The notes under the pieces were generated by a model. That model had not been told where the DNA came from. It ran no database searches and saw nothing but the letters and a program-made list of their open reading frames with translations. 35,575 bases of DNA. It comes from an uncultured Actinomycetes bacterium. GTDB taxonomy: Bacteria > Actinomycetota > UBA4738 > HRBIN12. The DNA lies in assembly GCA_963704885.1 (NCBI GenBank), contig CAVPIB010000011.1, positions 1 to 35,575 of the forward strand, written 5' to 3'. Below are positions 8,867 to 18,124 of this stretch, piece by piece; positions within the stretch are counted from its first letter, which is position 1, and each line of letters starts with the position of its first letter. Position numbers and translations under genes: made by a program.

Positions 8867-9061
8867 ATGGTCCTGCGACTCGTGTCGAGAGCGCAGACCT
8901 GCTGGGGACTGCTCCGCCTACGGGTGGAGGAGGACCGTGGTGCGACGGCCGTCGAATACGCGCTGATGCTTGCATTTATCGCGGCGGTCATCGTTGCCGG
9001 GGTCACCCTGCTGGGTCAGGGGACGGACAGCGGACTGAAGAAGGTCACGTTCCCCCCGTGA
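8867..9061 (+). CDS. flp: Flp/Fap family type IVb (Tad) pilin
   Basis: EEDRG|ATAVEYALM Flp motif (Gly -1, Glu +5, Tyr +6) followed by a hydrophobic helix; GGAGG RBS. Confidence 0.9.
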   Translation: MVLRLVSRAQTCWGLLRLRVEEDRGATAVEYALMLAFIAAVIVAGVTLLGQGTDSGLKKVTFPP

Positions 9062-9091
9062 GCCGACAGGCTCACGGACGTTGACCGACCG

Positions 9092-9120
9092 CGACCGGGG
9101 CACGTCGGGCCCCGGTCGTT
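9092..9120 (+). terminator. Terminator-like hairpin after flp
   Basis: cgaccggggc-acgtcgg-gccccggtcg followed by ttccctt. Confidence 0.6.
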
Positions 9121-9198
9121 CCCTTGCCCTGGTTCCGATGTGCTTGAGCGGTTCATCCGTGGGTGCCACCATGAGTCGCCGGACGGAAGGGGCGGAGC

Positions 9199-9624
9199 AT
9201 GGGACTGGCACAGACCACGGTGACCTTCGAGGGCTCGGGTGCCGCGTGGGGGATGTTGTTCCTCTGGTTCCTGGTGTTCTATGCGATTGCGGTGATCCCT
9301 TACTGGGTCATCTTTACGAAGGCGGGCCGGCCGGGCTGGCCAGCGCTCATCCCTATCTACAGCTTCTACGTGCTCCTGAAGGTCGTCGGTCGACCCGGGT
9401 GGTGGCTCTTGCTGCTGCTGATCCCTCTCCTCGGGTTCGTGATCTACGTCATCATCATGAACGACCTATCGAAGAGCTTCGGCCACGGTGCCGGGTTCAC
9501 GCTGGGTCTGGTCTTCCTCTCGCTCATCTTCTTCTACGTCCTGGCTTTCGGGAGCTCGACGTACCGAGGGCCGGCGGGCGTTGCCGGGGGGATGGCACCT
9601 CCTCCTCCGATGCCCACGGGGTAG
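9199..9624 (+). CDS. DUF5684-like membrane protein
   Basis: W.IF.KAGRPGW.ALIPIY..Y.LLK.VGRPGWW ... LSKSFG.G.GFTLGL ... LAFGSS.Y pattern; Pro-rich tail. Confidence 0.8.
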   Translation: MGLAQTTVTFEGSGAAWGMLFLWFLVFYAIAVIPYWVIFTKAGRPGWPALIPIYSFYVLLKVVGRPGWWLLLLLIPLLGFVIYVIIMNDLSKSFGHGAGFTLGLVFLSLIFFYVLAFGSSTYRGPAGVAGGMAPPPPMPTG

Positions 9625-9683
9625 CGAAGCCCGCGCCGCCCCGCGCCTGCGCCTCAGCCGTCATCGGCTAGGCTTCGGCCACC

Positions 9684-10388
9684 ATGGAGATGGCTCGGCT
9701 GCTCACGCTGCAAGAGTTGGACACCGCGATCGACCGGCTCTCATCGCGCAAGCTGATGCTCGAGGCGGGTGGTGAGTTGGCCGCGGCTCGACAGGAAGCC
9801 GATGCTGCCGAGCGAGACCTGGGAGAGCTGGGCCTACAACTGGATGTGGTCGGACGTGACCAGGCCAAGCTGGAGCACGAGATCGATTCCCTGACGCAGA
9901 AGGCAGCGGCCGAGCAGAAGCGCCTGTACGACGGCAGCATCGCGAACATCAAGGAGTTGAGCTCGCTTCAGCACGAGGTCGAGAACCTCACGCGGCGCCG
10001 CAGCGATCGCGAGGACGAGCTGCTTGCATTGATGGAAGTTCGGGAAGGGCTGGAGTCGCGCGCGGCGGAAGCCCGGACGGGTTCGGACGCGCTTCGCGCA
10101 CGTGTCGACGATGTGGGCCTCGCGGCGCTCCAGGAGCTGGCCACCGTCGAGGCGGAGCTGGCGTCCCGCGCAGGGGAGCGCAAGGCGATCGTGGCCGACA
10201 TCGACCCTGAGGTCCTGGAGCTCTACGAAGACCTCCGTCGGCAGAAGAAGGGTGTCGGCGCCGCCGCGCTCATCGATGGTGTCTGCCAGGGATGCCACGA
10301 GCAGCTCTCGGCCATGGAGCTCGACAAGCTCAAGCGATCCGAGGACATGAAGAGGTGTGAATACTGCCGGCGGATCCTGGTCTTCTGA
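9684..10388 (+). CDS. Coiled-coil / C4 zinc-ribbon protein (DUF164, Rv2229c-like)
   Basis: LL.LQ.LD start, long coiled coil, CQGC...CEYCRRIL; synteny with rnhA and rnpB. Confidence 0.92.
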   Translation: MEMARLLTLQELDTAIDRLSSRKLMLEAGGELAAARQEADAAERDLGELGLQLDVVGRDQAKLEHEIDSLTQKAAAEQKRLYDGSIANIKELSSLQHEVENLTRRRSDREDELLALMEVREGLESRAAEARTGSDALRARVDDVGLAALQELATVEAELASRAGERKAIVADIDPEVLELYEDLRRQKKGVGAAALIDGVCQGCHEQLSAMELDKLKRSEDMKRCEYCRRILVF

Positions 10389-10795
10389 TCATCAGCTGCG
10401 ACGGGGCGGCACGTGGGAATCCCGGCCCTGCGGGGATCGGCGTGATGATAGCTACCCGCGACGGTGACGTCCTGGCGACGATCGCCGAAGGACTCGGTGA
10501 GACCACGAACAATGTCGCCGAGTACACGGCTGCGCGCGACGGGCTGCGTAGGGCCGCGGAGCTGGGCGCCACGAGGGTGCATCTGCGATCAGACAGCCAA
10601 CTGCTGATCGAGCAGCTGGAGGGTCGCTACAAGGTGAGGGCCGCTCATCTCCGACCACTCTACGCCGCGGTTCTCGCGGAGATGGCGCGATTCGCTCACG
10701 TTCGTTTGGAGCATGTGCCCAGGGAGCTGAACGTCGACGCCGACCGGCTGGCGAACCAAGGGGTCGACGATTGGCTGCGGGCTCGCGGACGCTGA
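10388..10795 (+). CDS. rnhA: Ribonuclease HI; start uncertain, no canonical start before the first catalytic Asp
   Basis: IISCDGAARGNPGPAGIG is in frame upstream of the tracked start 10442; TNNVAEY, SDSQL, HVPRELN..AD.LAN. Confidence 0.9.
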   Translation: MISCDGAARGNPGPAGIGVMIATRDGDVLATIAEGLGETTNNVAEYTAARDGLRRAAELGATRVHLRSDSQLLIEQLEGRYKVRAAHLRPLYAAVLAEMARFAHVRLEHVPRELNVDADRLANQGVDDWLRARGR

Positions 10796-10811
10796 GGGGT
10801 ATCCTCGGGTC

Positions 10812-11203
10812 GGAGGAGCCGGCCGGGCGGCCGCGGGTGCCCTCGGGCGCTCGAGGAAAGTCCGGACTCCGCAGGGCAGGGTGCTGGGGAGACCCAGGCG
10901 GGGGTGACCTCGCGAAGGCGCAACAGAAAGGAAACCGCCGCAGCGCGCCGATCGCGCGCGCGGTAAGGGTGAAACGGTGAGGTAAGAGCTCACCAGCGGC
11001 GCGGGCGACCGCGCCGGCTCGGCTAGCCCCACCCGGAGCAAGGCCAAGCAGGGAGCGTTCGAGGGTGGCCCGCCCGATGCTCCCGGGTAGGCCGCACGGC
11101 GCTGGCGAACAGCGACGCGGCGCGTGAGCGCCGAGAGAGATGGTCGCCGCGGCGCGCGCTTCGCGCGCGCCGCACAGGATCCGGCTTACAGGCCGACTCC
11201 TCC
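10812..11203 (+). ncRNA. rnpB: RNase P RNA (type A-like)
   Basis: GAGGAAAGTCCGGACT, ACAGAAAGGAAACCGCC, GGTGAAACGG, GAGCAAGGCCAA, ACAGGATCCGGCTTA; P1 ends GGAGGAGCCGGCC / GGCCGACTCCTCC; TATCCT -10 at 10800-10805. Confidence 0.98.
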
Positions 11204-11231
11204 ACACGCGTACCCACTAGTCTGGAACAGA

Positions 11232-12188
11232 CTAGTGGGTGCTCGCCAGCGCGGCCTGGGCCTGTTGGAACTGCGCGCCGGCGTGGTAGCTCGAGCGTAC
11301 GAGCGGCCCGGCCTCCACGTGTGCGATCCCGATCGCCTCGCCGACTCGCTTGTGCTCCGAGAACTCCTCAGGCGTGACCCACCTATCTACGGGCAGGTGG
11401 AGCTTGGTGGGCTGCAGATACTGGCCCATGGTGACGAGGTCGCAGCCCGCGTCCCGGAGGTCGGCGAGGACGCCCGCCACCTCGTCCGGGCGCTCACCCA
11501 TGCCCAGGATGACGTTGGACTTCGTGACCTGTCCCGGCCGAAGTCGCTTGGCGATGCGGAGCACTTCGAGTGAGCGGTCGTAGCCGAACGCAGGGCGGAT
11601 CCGACCGTGGAGCCGGCGAACCGTCTCGAGGTTGTGTGCGAACACGTCGGGCTCGGCCTGCATCACCGTAGCGATATCGCGCTCGCCGCCCTTGAGGTCG
11701 CTAGGTAGTACCTCGACGCCGCACCCGGGCACGGCTGCACGGACCGCCCGTATCGTCTCCGCCCAGATCGCGGCGCCGCCGTCGGGCAGGTCATCGCGCG
11801 CCACTCCTGTGATGACCACGAATCGCAGACCCATCGAGAGTACAGCGGAGGCGATCCGCGCGGGTTCCTCGTTGTCGACAGGATCAGGGCGCGCCGTCAT
11901 CACGTCACAGAACCCACACCGGCGAGTGCATCGGTCGCCCAATATCAAGAAGGTGGCCTCGCGGGCCTCCCAGCACTCTCCGATGTTCGGACAGCTGGCT
12001 TCTTCGCAGACAGTGTGGAGGTCCAGGCCGCGCATGAGGCCCTTGAGCTCGGCGTGGTTGGGTCCAGACGCCAGGCGAACCTTGAGCCATGGTGGCTTGC
12101 GTGCGTCGCTCCCTGCGCGCGGGTTGGTGGTGGCTACGATCGGCAAGTAGAGCCGACGCTTGCTCGGGTTGTGATCCTGAACGGGCAT
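11232..12188 (-). CDS. lipA: Lipoyl synthase (radical SAM)
   Basis: CEEASCPNIGEC (CX4CX5C), CTRRCGFC, HNLETV, VRSSYHA; start at ATG 12188. Confidence 0.97.
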   Translation of the reverse strand: MPVQDHNPSKRRLYLPIVATTNPRAGSDARKPPWLKVRLASGPNHAELKGLMRGLDLHTVCEEASCPNIGECWEAREATFLILGDRCTRRCGFCDVMTARPDPVDNEEPARIASAVLSMGLRFVVITGVARDDLPDGGAAIWAETIRAVRAAVPGCGVEVLPSDLKGGERDIATVMQAEPDVFAHNLETVRRLHGRIRPAFGYDRSLEVLRIAKRLRPGQVTKSNVILGMGERPDEVAGVLADLRDAGCDLVTMGQYLQPTKLHLPVDRWVTPEEFSEHKRVGEAIGIAHVEAGPLVRSSYHAGAQFQQAQAALASTH

Positions 12189-12199
12189 CGGGTCCGAGT

Positions 12200-15100
12200 C
12201 TATCCAGCCTTGGAACGGCCGACGGCATCGGGATCGTGGCCGGCTCCGTTTGCTTCCTCGTTCGGAGGAAGGGCCGCTGAGATCGATGGGCCTGAGGGAA
12301 GGAACACCCTGAAGGACGCGCCCCCACCGTCTCGCTCCTCTATCCATGCTCGGCCGCCGTGGAGGGCTGCGAAACGGCCGACCAGAGAGAGTCCGATCCC
12401 GGTGCCGGGTGCATGCGCCGATGCGGTAGGACCCTGGCGGAAGGGCTCGAAGACCGCCTCGCGGAGGTCCTCCGGGACTCCCGCTCCATCGTCCTCGACC
12501 GTTATCAACGCCCCTCCGTCTTGCGACCGCACCTTCAGCCAGATCGTCTTGTCCGGGGTCGTGTGACGGGAGGCGTTCATCAACAGGTTCTCTACTATCC
12601 GCTCCACCTTGGCCGGATCGACCGAGATCACGACCGGGTCCGCTTGAACCCTGACCGATCGGTCGTCCAGCGGATCCAGGCTCTCGATCGTGCGCCTGGC
12701 CAGCGCTCCGACGTCGGTCACCAGGTATTGGGGTTCCACGATGCCTCGGTTGAGGCGATCGATGTCGAGGAGGTCCTTCAGCAGGCGATCAAGCTTGCGG
12801 GCGTTCGCCGCCAAGCGGCTGAGCAGGTCGTTGCGATCGATCTCAGCCATCTCAGAACGTTCGAGAGTGAGGGAAAGCCCAAGGATCGACGTCAGTGGGC
12901 TACGGAGCTCGTGCGACACGGCGGCCAAGAACGTGTTCTTCATCTCATCGAGGGCTCGCAGGCGATCGGCCGCTTCCCGCTCACGTTGCTCGGATCCCCG
13001 TAGAGCTTGCTCGGCGAGCTTGCGCTCCGTGATGTCGTAGATCACCCCGAGCAGCATCGCGTGGCGGTCCGTCTCATCGTGGATCAACGTGGTCTCGTCG
13101 TGGACCCAGATCGTCCGCCCATCTCGCGTGTTCATTCGGTACTCGGCGACCCACGGCCGACCGGCCGCGAGCGCCGCGAGGTACCCGCCCAGCACGCCCT
13201 CCCTATCGTCGGGGTGGAGCGCATCGCCCCAGGCGTCGGCGTCGCGGATCCATTCCTCGGCGGGGATGCCGGTTATGGCTTCGACCTGAGGGCTGGCGTA
13301 GGTCGTCTTCAGGCTGTTGTCCGCGGCATCCAGGTAGATGCCCGCCGGCACGTGTTCGACGATCGCTCGGAACCGCTCCTCCGCTTCCCGCAGCTGCTCC
13401 TCGGCCTCGCGTCGTTCCGTTATGTCGAACATGACCCCTTGTGAGAACCGCGGTGCGCCACCCTCGTCTCGGATCACGACGGCCTGGTCGTGGACCCACA
13501 CGACGCGCCCGTCAGGCCTTCGGAAGCGATACTCCGCCTCATAAGGGACGCCCTCGTCGTTCAAACGGCGGATCCTCGCCGTGACGGCCGGCAGATCTTC
13601 AGGATCGACGCCCTGCTCCCAGAGCTCCGGGTTCTTCATCCACTCATCGGGCCGATATCCGAATATGTGCTCCACCTGAGGACTCATGTACACGGCTTCG
13701 GAAACGGCGTCGACTGTGTCGATGTAGGTGGCCGCCGGGATCGTTTCGATCAGGCTCCGGTACCGAGCCTCCGTCTCCGATAGGGCCAGGGCGGAACGTT
13801 CCCGACCGATAGCAGCTCCCAACGTGTTGGCTACCACCCGCAGCGCATCCACTTCGGCCTGTTGCCAGACGTCATGTTCTTCGGTCTGGTCGAACAGGAG
13901 ATGACCCCACCATTCTCCACCTACGCTGATCGGCACTGCGACGATCGCCTTGATCTCGACACTTTCGAGGGTGGCTCGCTCCTGATCCGGAAGGTCTTCT
14001 ACGCGCGTGTTGATGGGATCACCGGCCTCGAAGACGTCGGCCCATCGCGCCAGTCCCACCTCCTCGAAGCCGAACCGCTGATCCTTCACGATGTCCGCCA
14101 GCGGCGCGACTCCATCTGCCGTCCATTCCGCCACCAGTTCGATCCCCGGTCTTCCTTCCTCGTCGTCTACCCGGCGGTAGACGGCCGCCCGGCTGGCACC
14201 ACCTGCTCGCCCGAGTGCAGCTAGTACGTCGGTGATCGCTTCGGTCCACGACGACACACCGAGGAAGCGCTCGGCGGCATGACCCATCGCCTCGAGGATG
14301 TTGTCGCGTCGCGCCAACGCGGCCTCGGTGAGTTTGCGGTGAGTGATATCCGTCAAGACTCCCTGCCAGTAGGGGCTCCCGTCTTGACCCTCCAACTGGT
14401 ACGCCAGGTCGTGGACCCAGACGATGCGTTCGTCCTTGGTCCTCAGTCGGTATTCCACGTCGAAGGGATCGCCCGTGTCGTTCACACGATCGGACTCAGC
14501 CAATACGCGGTCGCGATCGTCCGGGTGGAGCATGCGGGTCCAGAGCTCCGGATCCGCCAGTCGCTCCTGTGGCGAGTAGCCGGTCAACCGCTCGTACTGG
14601 GGGCTGATGTAGATGGCGCTGGCGACCGCATCGTTGGCGTCGATGTAGACGGCGGTGGGAAGTCGCTCCACCAGGTAGCGGTACCGCTCCTCCGCTTCGC
14701 GAAGTCGCTCCTCAGCCTCTCGTCGAGCGGTGATGTCTTCGATGATGCCCTGCCAGATGGGCCAGCCACCGTCTCGATCGACGAGCACCGCCTTGTCGTG
14801 GACCCACACCACACGGCCGTCGTCGCGAACGAATCGGTACTCGATCTCGAATCGATCCCCGGTGCGCTCCGTCGCTCGATCCTCCTCGAAGACCCGCTCA
14901 CGATCGTCGGGGTGGACCATCGACCGCCACAGATCGGGCCGACTCATCCACTCTTCCGCGGAGTGACCCGTCAACTCGAGGATCCCGGGAGCCATGTAGG
15001 GAAGGGGGTGGGCTTCGCCCTCGTCCAGCCCCTCGGCCAGGTACGTGACGACCGGCAGCTCCTCGACCAGCTGGCGGAGCCGCTGCTCGCTCCGCTTCTG

Positions 15101-15739
15101 CTCGGTGATGTCGACCATCACGCCTTGATAGATCGGGCGACCCCGAGGACCGGCCGAGATCGGGACCGCCTCGTCGCGGACCCAGACCCACCGCCCGTCG
15201 GCGGCACGGAGCCGATACTCGGCCGCGAAGCTAGCCCCCCGGGTCGCGGCGTCAGTCCACGCTTGAATCACGTGATCAAGATCAAGCGGATGTGTGCTCT
15301 GTTCCCACATGGTGGGCTCGCGGGTCCAATCCTCCACCGTGTAGCCCAGCAGCGCCTCGATCTGAGGGCTGATGTAGATGGCAGGATCCACGCCAACCGC
15401 TTCGCTCGAGTCCCACGTGTACGCCACCGCCGGTACGCGCTCCACCATGGCCTGGTAGCGGTTCTCGCTCTCTTCGCGTAGCTCACCCTCCCGCTCCGCT
15501 CGGCGAAGGGCGCGGATCGAGAAGAGCCCGAAGGCGGACACCAGGACAACGACCACGGCGAGGATGTTTCCAGCCGCGACGGGCCGGCTCGAAACGAGCC
15601 ACGCGTGGGCGCGACCGAAGAGGTCGAAGCCCACGCCGATGCAGAAGGCGGCCAGGGCGCAGATCGAGACAACGAGCAGGTCCCGACGCGCGCCCGCAGA
15701 CCCCTTCGATCGACTCGACGAGTTCTTCCGCTTGTCCAC
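12200..15739 (-). CDS. Membrane-anchored sensor histidine kinase: 2 TM, 3 PAS, GAF, 2 PAS, HisKA, HATPase
   Basis: Five Y.SP....G...W...HP.D...EYR....G..VWV.D...DIT.R repeats; SHELRSPL H-box; ENLLMNA, EDDGAG, GTGIGL. Confidence 0.95.
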   Translation of the reverse strand: MDKRKNSSSRSKGSAGARRDLLVVSICALAAFCIGVGFDLFGRAHAWLVSSRPVAAGNILAVVVVLVSAFGLFSIRALRRAEREGELREESENRYQAMVERVPAVAYTWDSSEAVGVDPAIYISPQIEALLGYTVEDWTREPTMWEQSTHPLDLDHVIQAWTDAATRGASFAAEYRLRAADGRWVWVRDEAVPISAGPRGRPIYQGVMVDITEQKRSEQRLRQLVEELPVVTYLAEGLDEGEAHPLPYMAPGILELTGHSAEEWMSRPDLWRSMVHPDDRERVFEEDRATERTGDRFEIEYRFVRDDGRVVWVHDKAVLVDRDGGWPIWQGIIEDITARREAEERLREAEERYRYLVERLPTAVYIDANDAVASAIYISPQYERLTGYSPQERLADPELWTRMLHPDDRDRVLAESDRVNDTGDPFDVEYRLRTKDERIVWVHDLAYQLEGQDGSPYWQGVLTDITHRKLTEAALARRDNILEAMGHAAERFLGVSSWTEAITDVLAALGRAGGASRAAVYRRVDDEEGRPGIELVAEWTADGVAPLADIVKDQRFGFEEVGLARWADVFEAGDPINTRVEDLPDQERATLESVEIKAIVAVPISVGGEWWGHLLFDQTEEHDVWQQAEVDALRVVANTLGAAIGRERSALALSETEARYRSLIETIPAATYIDTVDAVSEAVYMSPQVEHIFGYRPDEWMKNPELWEQGVDPEDLPAVTARIRRLNDEGVPYEAEYRFRRPDGRVVWVHDQAVVIRDEGGAPRFSQGVMFDITERREAEEQLREAEERFRAIVEHVPAGIYLDAADNSLKTTYASPQVEAITGIPAEEWIRDADAWGDALHPDDREGVLGGYLAALAAGRPWVAEYRMNTRDGRTIWVHDETTLIHDETDRHAMLLGVIYDITERKLAEQALRGSEQREREAADRLRALDEMKNTFLAAVSHELRSPLTSILGLSLTLERSEMAEIDRNDLLSRLAANARKLDRLLKDLLDIDRLNRGIVEPQYLVTDVGALARRTIESLDPLDDRSVRVQADPVVISVDPAKVERIVENLLMNASRHTTPDKTIWLKVRSQDGGALITVEDDGAGVPEDLREAVFEPFRQGPTASAHAPGTGIGLSLVGRFAALHGGRAWIEERDGGGASFRVFLPSGPSISAALPPNEEANGAGHDPDAVGRSKAG

Positions 15740-15753
15740 AGCCGTCTTCGGGG

Positions 15754-15781
15754 TTATCGACGGAGCAACGGGCGCCCTGAA
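15754..15781 (-). promoter_or_regulatory. Candidate sigma28 (WhiG/FliA-type) promoter of the PAS kinase
   Basis: Minus strand TTCA-N16-GTCGATAA ending 14 nt before the GTG start. Confidence 0.55.
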
Positions 15782-15807
15782 CCAGGGTTGGATGGGGCAG
15801 ACGGATG

Positions 15808-16820
15808 TCAGAAGCGCGCCAGCGCCAACATCTGCCGGTAGATGTGATCCGGCTCGGGTTCGATGTAGAAGTGCTCGAGCGGAGCTGCGAACGGCATGGC
15901 GGGGATGTCGGGTCCACCGATCCGCACGATAGGTGCGTCGAGGTCGAACATGACCTCCTCGGCGATCGTTGCCGCGATCTCGGCGCCGGCGCCGAACGAG
16001 CGGTTGTCTTCATAGACCACCATCGCTCTGGACGTCTTGCGTACCGAGCTCAGGATGCTCTCGACGTCGAGCGGTGAGATCGTCCGTACGTCGAGCACCT
16101 CTACGGAAACATGCTCGTCCTCCTCGAGCCGCTGGGCGGCCTCGAGACAGCGGTGGAGCTCGTAGCCGTACGTGATCACCGAAAGATCTGTTCCCTCACG
16201 CTTCACGTCGCCAACCCCGATGGGTGTCCCGCCACGTCCGTCGGGAACTTCGCCCTTCACGGCTCGATAGGTCTTCTTGTGCTCGAGGAAGAGCACTGGA
16301 TCGGGGTCGTGGATGGCGCTTCGGAGAAGCCCGGCGGCGTCTGCCGGTGTGGCGGGCATGACGACCTTCAGGCCGGGCACGTGGGCGTAGAACGCCTCGA
16401 TCGATTGCGAGTGGTAGAGCGCCCCATGGATCCCTCCCCCGTACGGCGCTCGGATCACGAGTGGGACCCCGAAGTCCCCGTTCGATCGATAGCGTATACG
16501 TGCTGCCTCGGAGACGATCTGGTCGAACGCAGGGTGGATGAAGTCCGCGAACTGGATCTCGGCGACGGGTAGGAGTCCGTGTATCGCCATCCCGATCGCC
16601 ACGCCCACGATCCCGGACTCGGCGAGCGGGGTGTCGATGATCCGGTGCTCACCGAACTCGGCCATCCACCCGTCGGAGATCCGGAACACCCCCCGCGGGC
16701 GCCCACATCTTCTCCGAGCAGGATCACGCGCTCGTCGCTCGCCAGTTCTTCATGCAGCGCGTCGCGGATCGCCGTGACGACGTTCTTCTCGGTCACGACA
16801 TCCAGCCGATCATGGCTCAT
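15808..16820 (-). CDS. 2-oxoacid dehydrogenase E1 beta (branched-chain type); frameshift in a G6 run at 16689-16694
   Basis: AIRDAL.EEL..DERV.LLGEDVGARGG|VFR, DTPLAE, EIQFADF, HGALYHSQS; one extra G restores the frame. Confidence 0.93.
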
Positions 16821-17820
16821 CGGCGAATACGTGGCGGCGGGCCGTGGCCGGATCGGGGTCCGCCGCCTCCCACGCGGCCGCGATATCGGCGTCGAGCCCG
16901 ACCTTGATCTCCGCGCGCAACTCGTCCTGCCCCGATCCGTCCAAGACGCCGTGCTCGGCGAGATAGGCACCGAACCGGACGATCGGATCGTGGTGACGAG
17001 CCTCCTCTACCTCCTCGCGACTTCGGTAGCCCCGATCGTCGTCGTCGCTCGTATGCGGCTGGAAGCGGTAGGTCTTGCACTCGATCAGGGTTGGGCCTTC
17101 ACCCGAGCGGGCGCGCTCGTGAGCCTGCTTCATCGCGGCGTAGCAGGCGAGCACGTCGTTCCCGTCCACTACGACGCCGGGGAACCCGTAGCCCTGGGCT
17201 CGCTCGGCCACGTCCTTGACCGCCATCTGCTTCGACTGCGGGACGCTGATCGCGTAGTGGTTGTTCTCGCAGACGAAGATCACCGGAAGCTTGTGAACGC
17301 CCGCGAAGTTCAACCCCTCATGCCAATCGCCTTCACTGGTGGCTCCATCCCCGAACCAGCAACTCACCACCGCGTCCTCGTTCCGATACTTGACGGCGTA
17401 GGCAACTCCGGCCGCGTGCGGAACCTGTGTGGCGATAGGGGAGGAGCCGCTGATGATCCCGAGGCGTCGCGAGCCCCAGTGCGCCGGCATCTGGCGGCCG
17501 CCGGACGACGGGTCATCGGCCTTCGAGAAGATGCCGAGGAAGACCTCGTAGGGAGTCATACCTGCCACCAGCACAACCGCTAGATCGCGGTAGTAGGGGA
17601 GCCAGATGTCGGTACCGCGACGCATCGGCCAAGCTGTTCCGATCTGGCATCCCTCGTGTCCCGATACCGGTACCACGAACGGTGCCCGGCCCATACGGTT
17701 CTGACGGAAAGCTGCTTCGTCGAGCAGGCGGGCGGTGACGGCCGTGCGATACATAGCCAGGACGTCTTGAGCGGGGAGCCCGAGAGCCTCGTGTGGGGTC
17801 TGCGTCACCCGCGTCGACAC
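16810..17820 (-). CDS. 2-oxoacid dehydrogenase E1 alpha, resembles BkdAA (2-oxoisovalerate dehydrogenase)
   Basis: PYYRD, DPSSGGRQMPAH, SSPIATQVPHA, GDGATSEG...ENN TPP motif, HTSDDDD..YRS; GAGGAGG RBS before GTG 17820. Confidence 0.93.
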   Translation of the reverse strand: MSTRVTQTPHEALGLPAQDVLAMYRTAVTARLLDEAAFRQNRMGRAPFVVPVSGHEGCQIGTAWPMRRGTDIWLPYYRDLAVVLVAGMTPYEVFLGIFSKADDPSSGGRQMPAHWGSRRLGIISGSSPIATQVPHAAGVAYAVKYRNEDAVVSCWFGDGATSEGDWHEGLNFAGVHKLPVIFVCENNHYAISVPQSKQMAVKDVAERAQGYGFPGVVVDGNDVLACYAAMKQAHERARSGEGPTLIECKTYRFQPHTSDDDDRGYRSREEVEEARHHDPIVRFGAYLAEHGVLDGSGQDELRAEIKVGLDADIAAAWEAADPDPATARRHVFADEP

Positions 17821-17900
17821 GTCGAGCCTCCTCGCACCGTGTGTCGAGTCTAGCATCGGCCTCCACGGCGAAGAGCTCGAGTCGCCGATGCCCGGAGGTA

Positions 17901-17917
17901 ATACCCTAGGGGGGTAT
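17901..17917. promoter_or_regulatory. CsoR operator 1, overlapping an extended -10
   Basis: ATACCCTAGGGGGGTAT matches the TACC-N-G-tract-GGTA CsoR box; TGC-TATCAT follows immediately. Confidence 0.85.
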
Positions 17918-17957
17918 GCTATCATGAGGGCGCACAAGGACGGTCGAGGAGGACGAG

Positions 17958-18122
17958 ATGGTGGACCCGGTGTGTGGCATGGCGGTGGAGCCGGCTGAGG
18001 CTGCAGCAGCCTGGGATCACGAGGGAAGGACCTACTACTTCTGTTCGGTCGGGTGTTTCGATCGATTCAGGAGCGATCCGCTGGGCTTCCTGGACGGGGA
18101 CTCGGTCTCCCGGGGGATGTGA
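17958..18122 (+). CDS. Stand-alone YHS-domain metal-binding protein (54 aa, not in the ORF track)
   Basis: Manual translation MVDPVCGMAVEPAEAAAAWDHEGRTYYFCSVGCFDRFRSDPLGFLDGDSVSRGM; GAGGAGG RBS. Confidence 0.92.
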   Translation: MVDPVCGMAVEPAEAAAAWDHEGRTYYFCSVGCFDRFRSDPLGFLDGDSVSRGM

Positions 18123-18124
18123 GA

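Noticed and set aside
10452-11217. ORFs overlapping rnpB
   Set aside because: Shadow ORFs of a GC-rich structural RNA
16689-16694. Phase-variable poly-G switch in E1 beta
   Set aside because: Run is short and similar indels occur throughout the window; homopolymer error is more parsimonious
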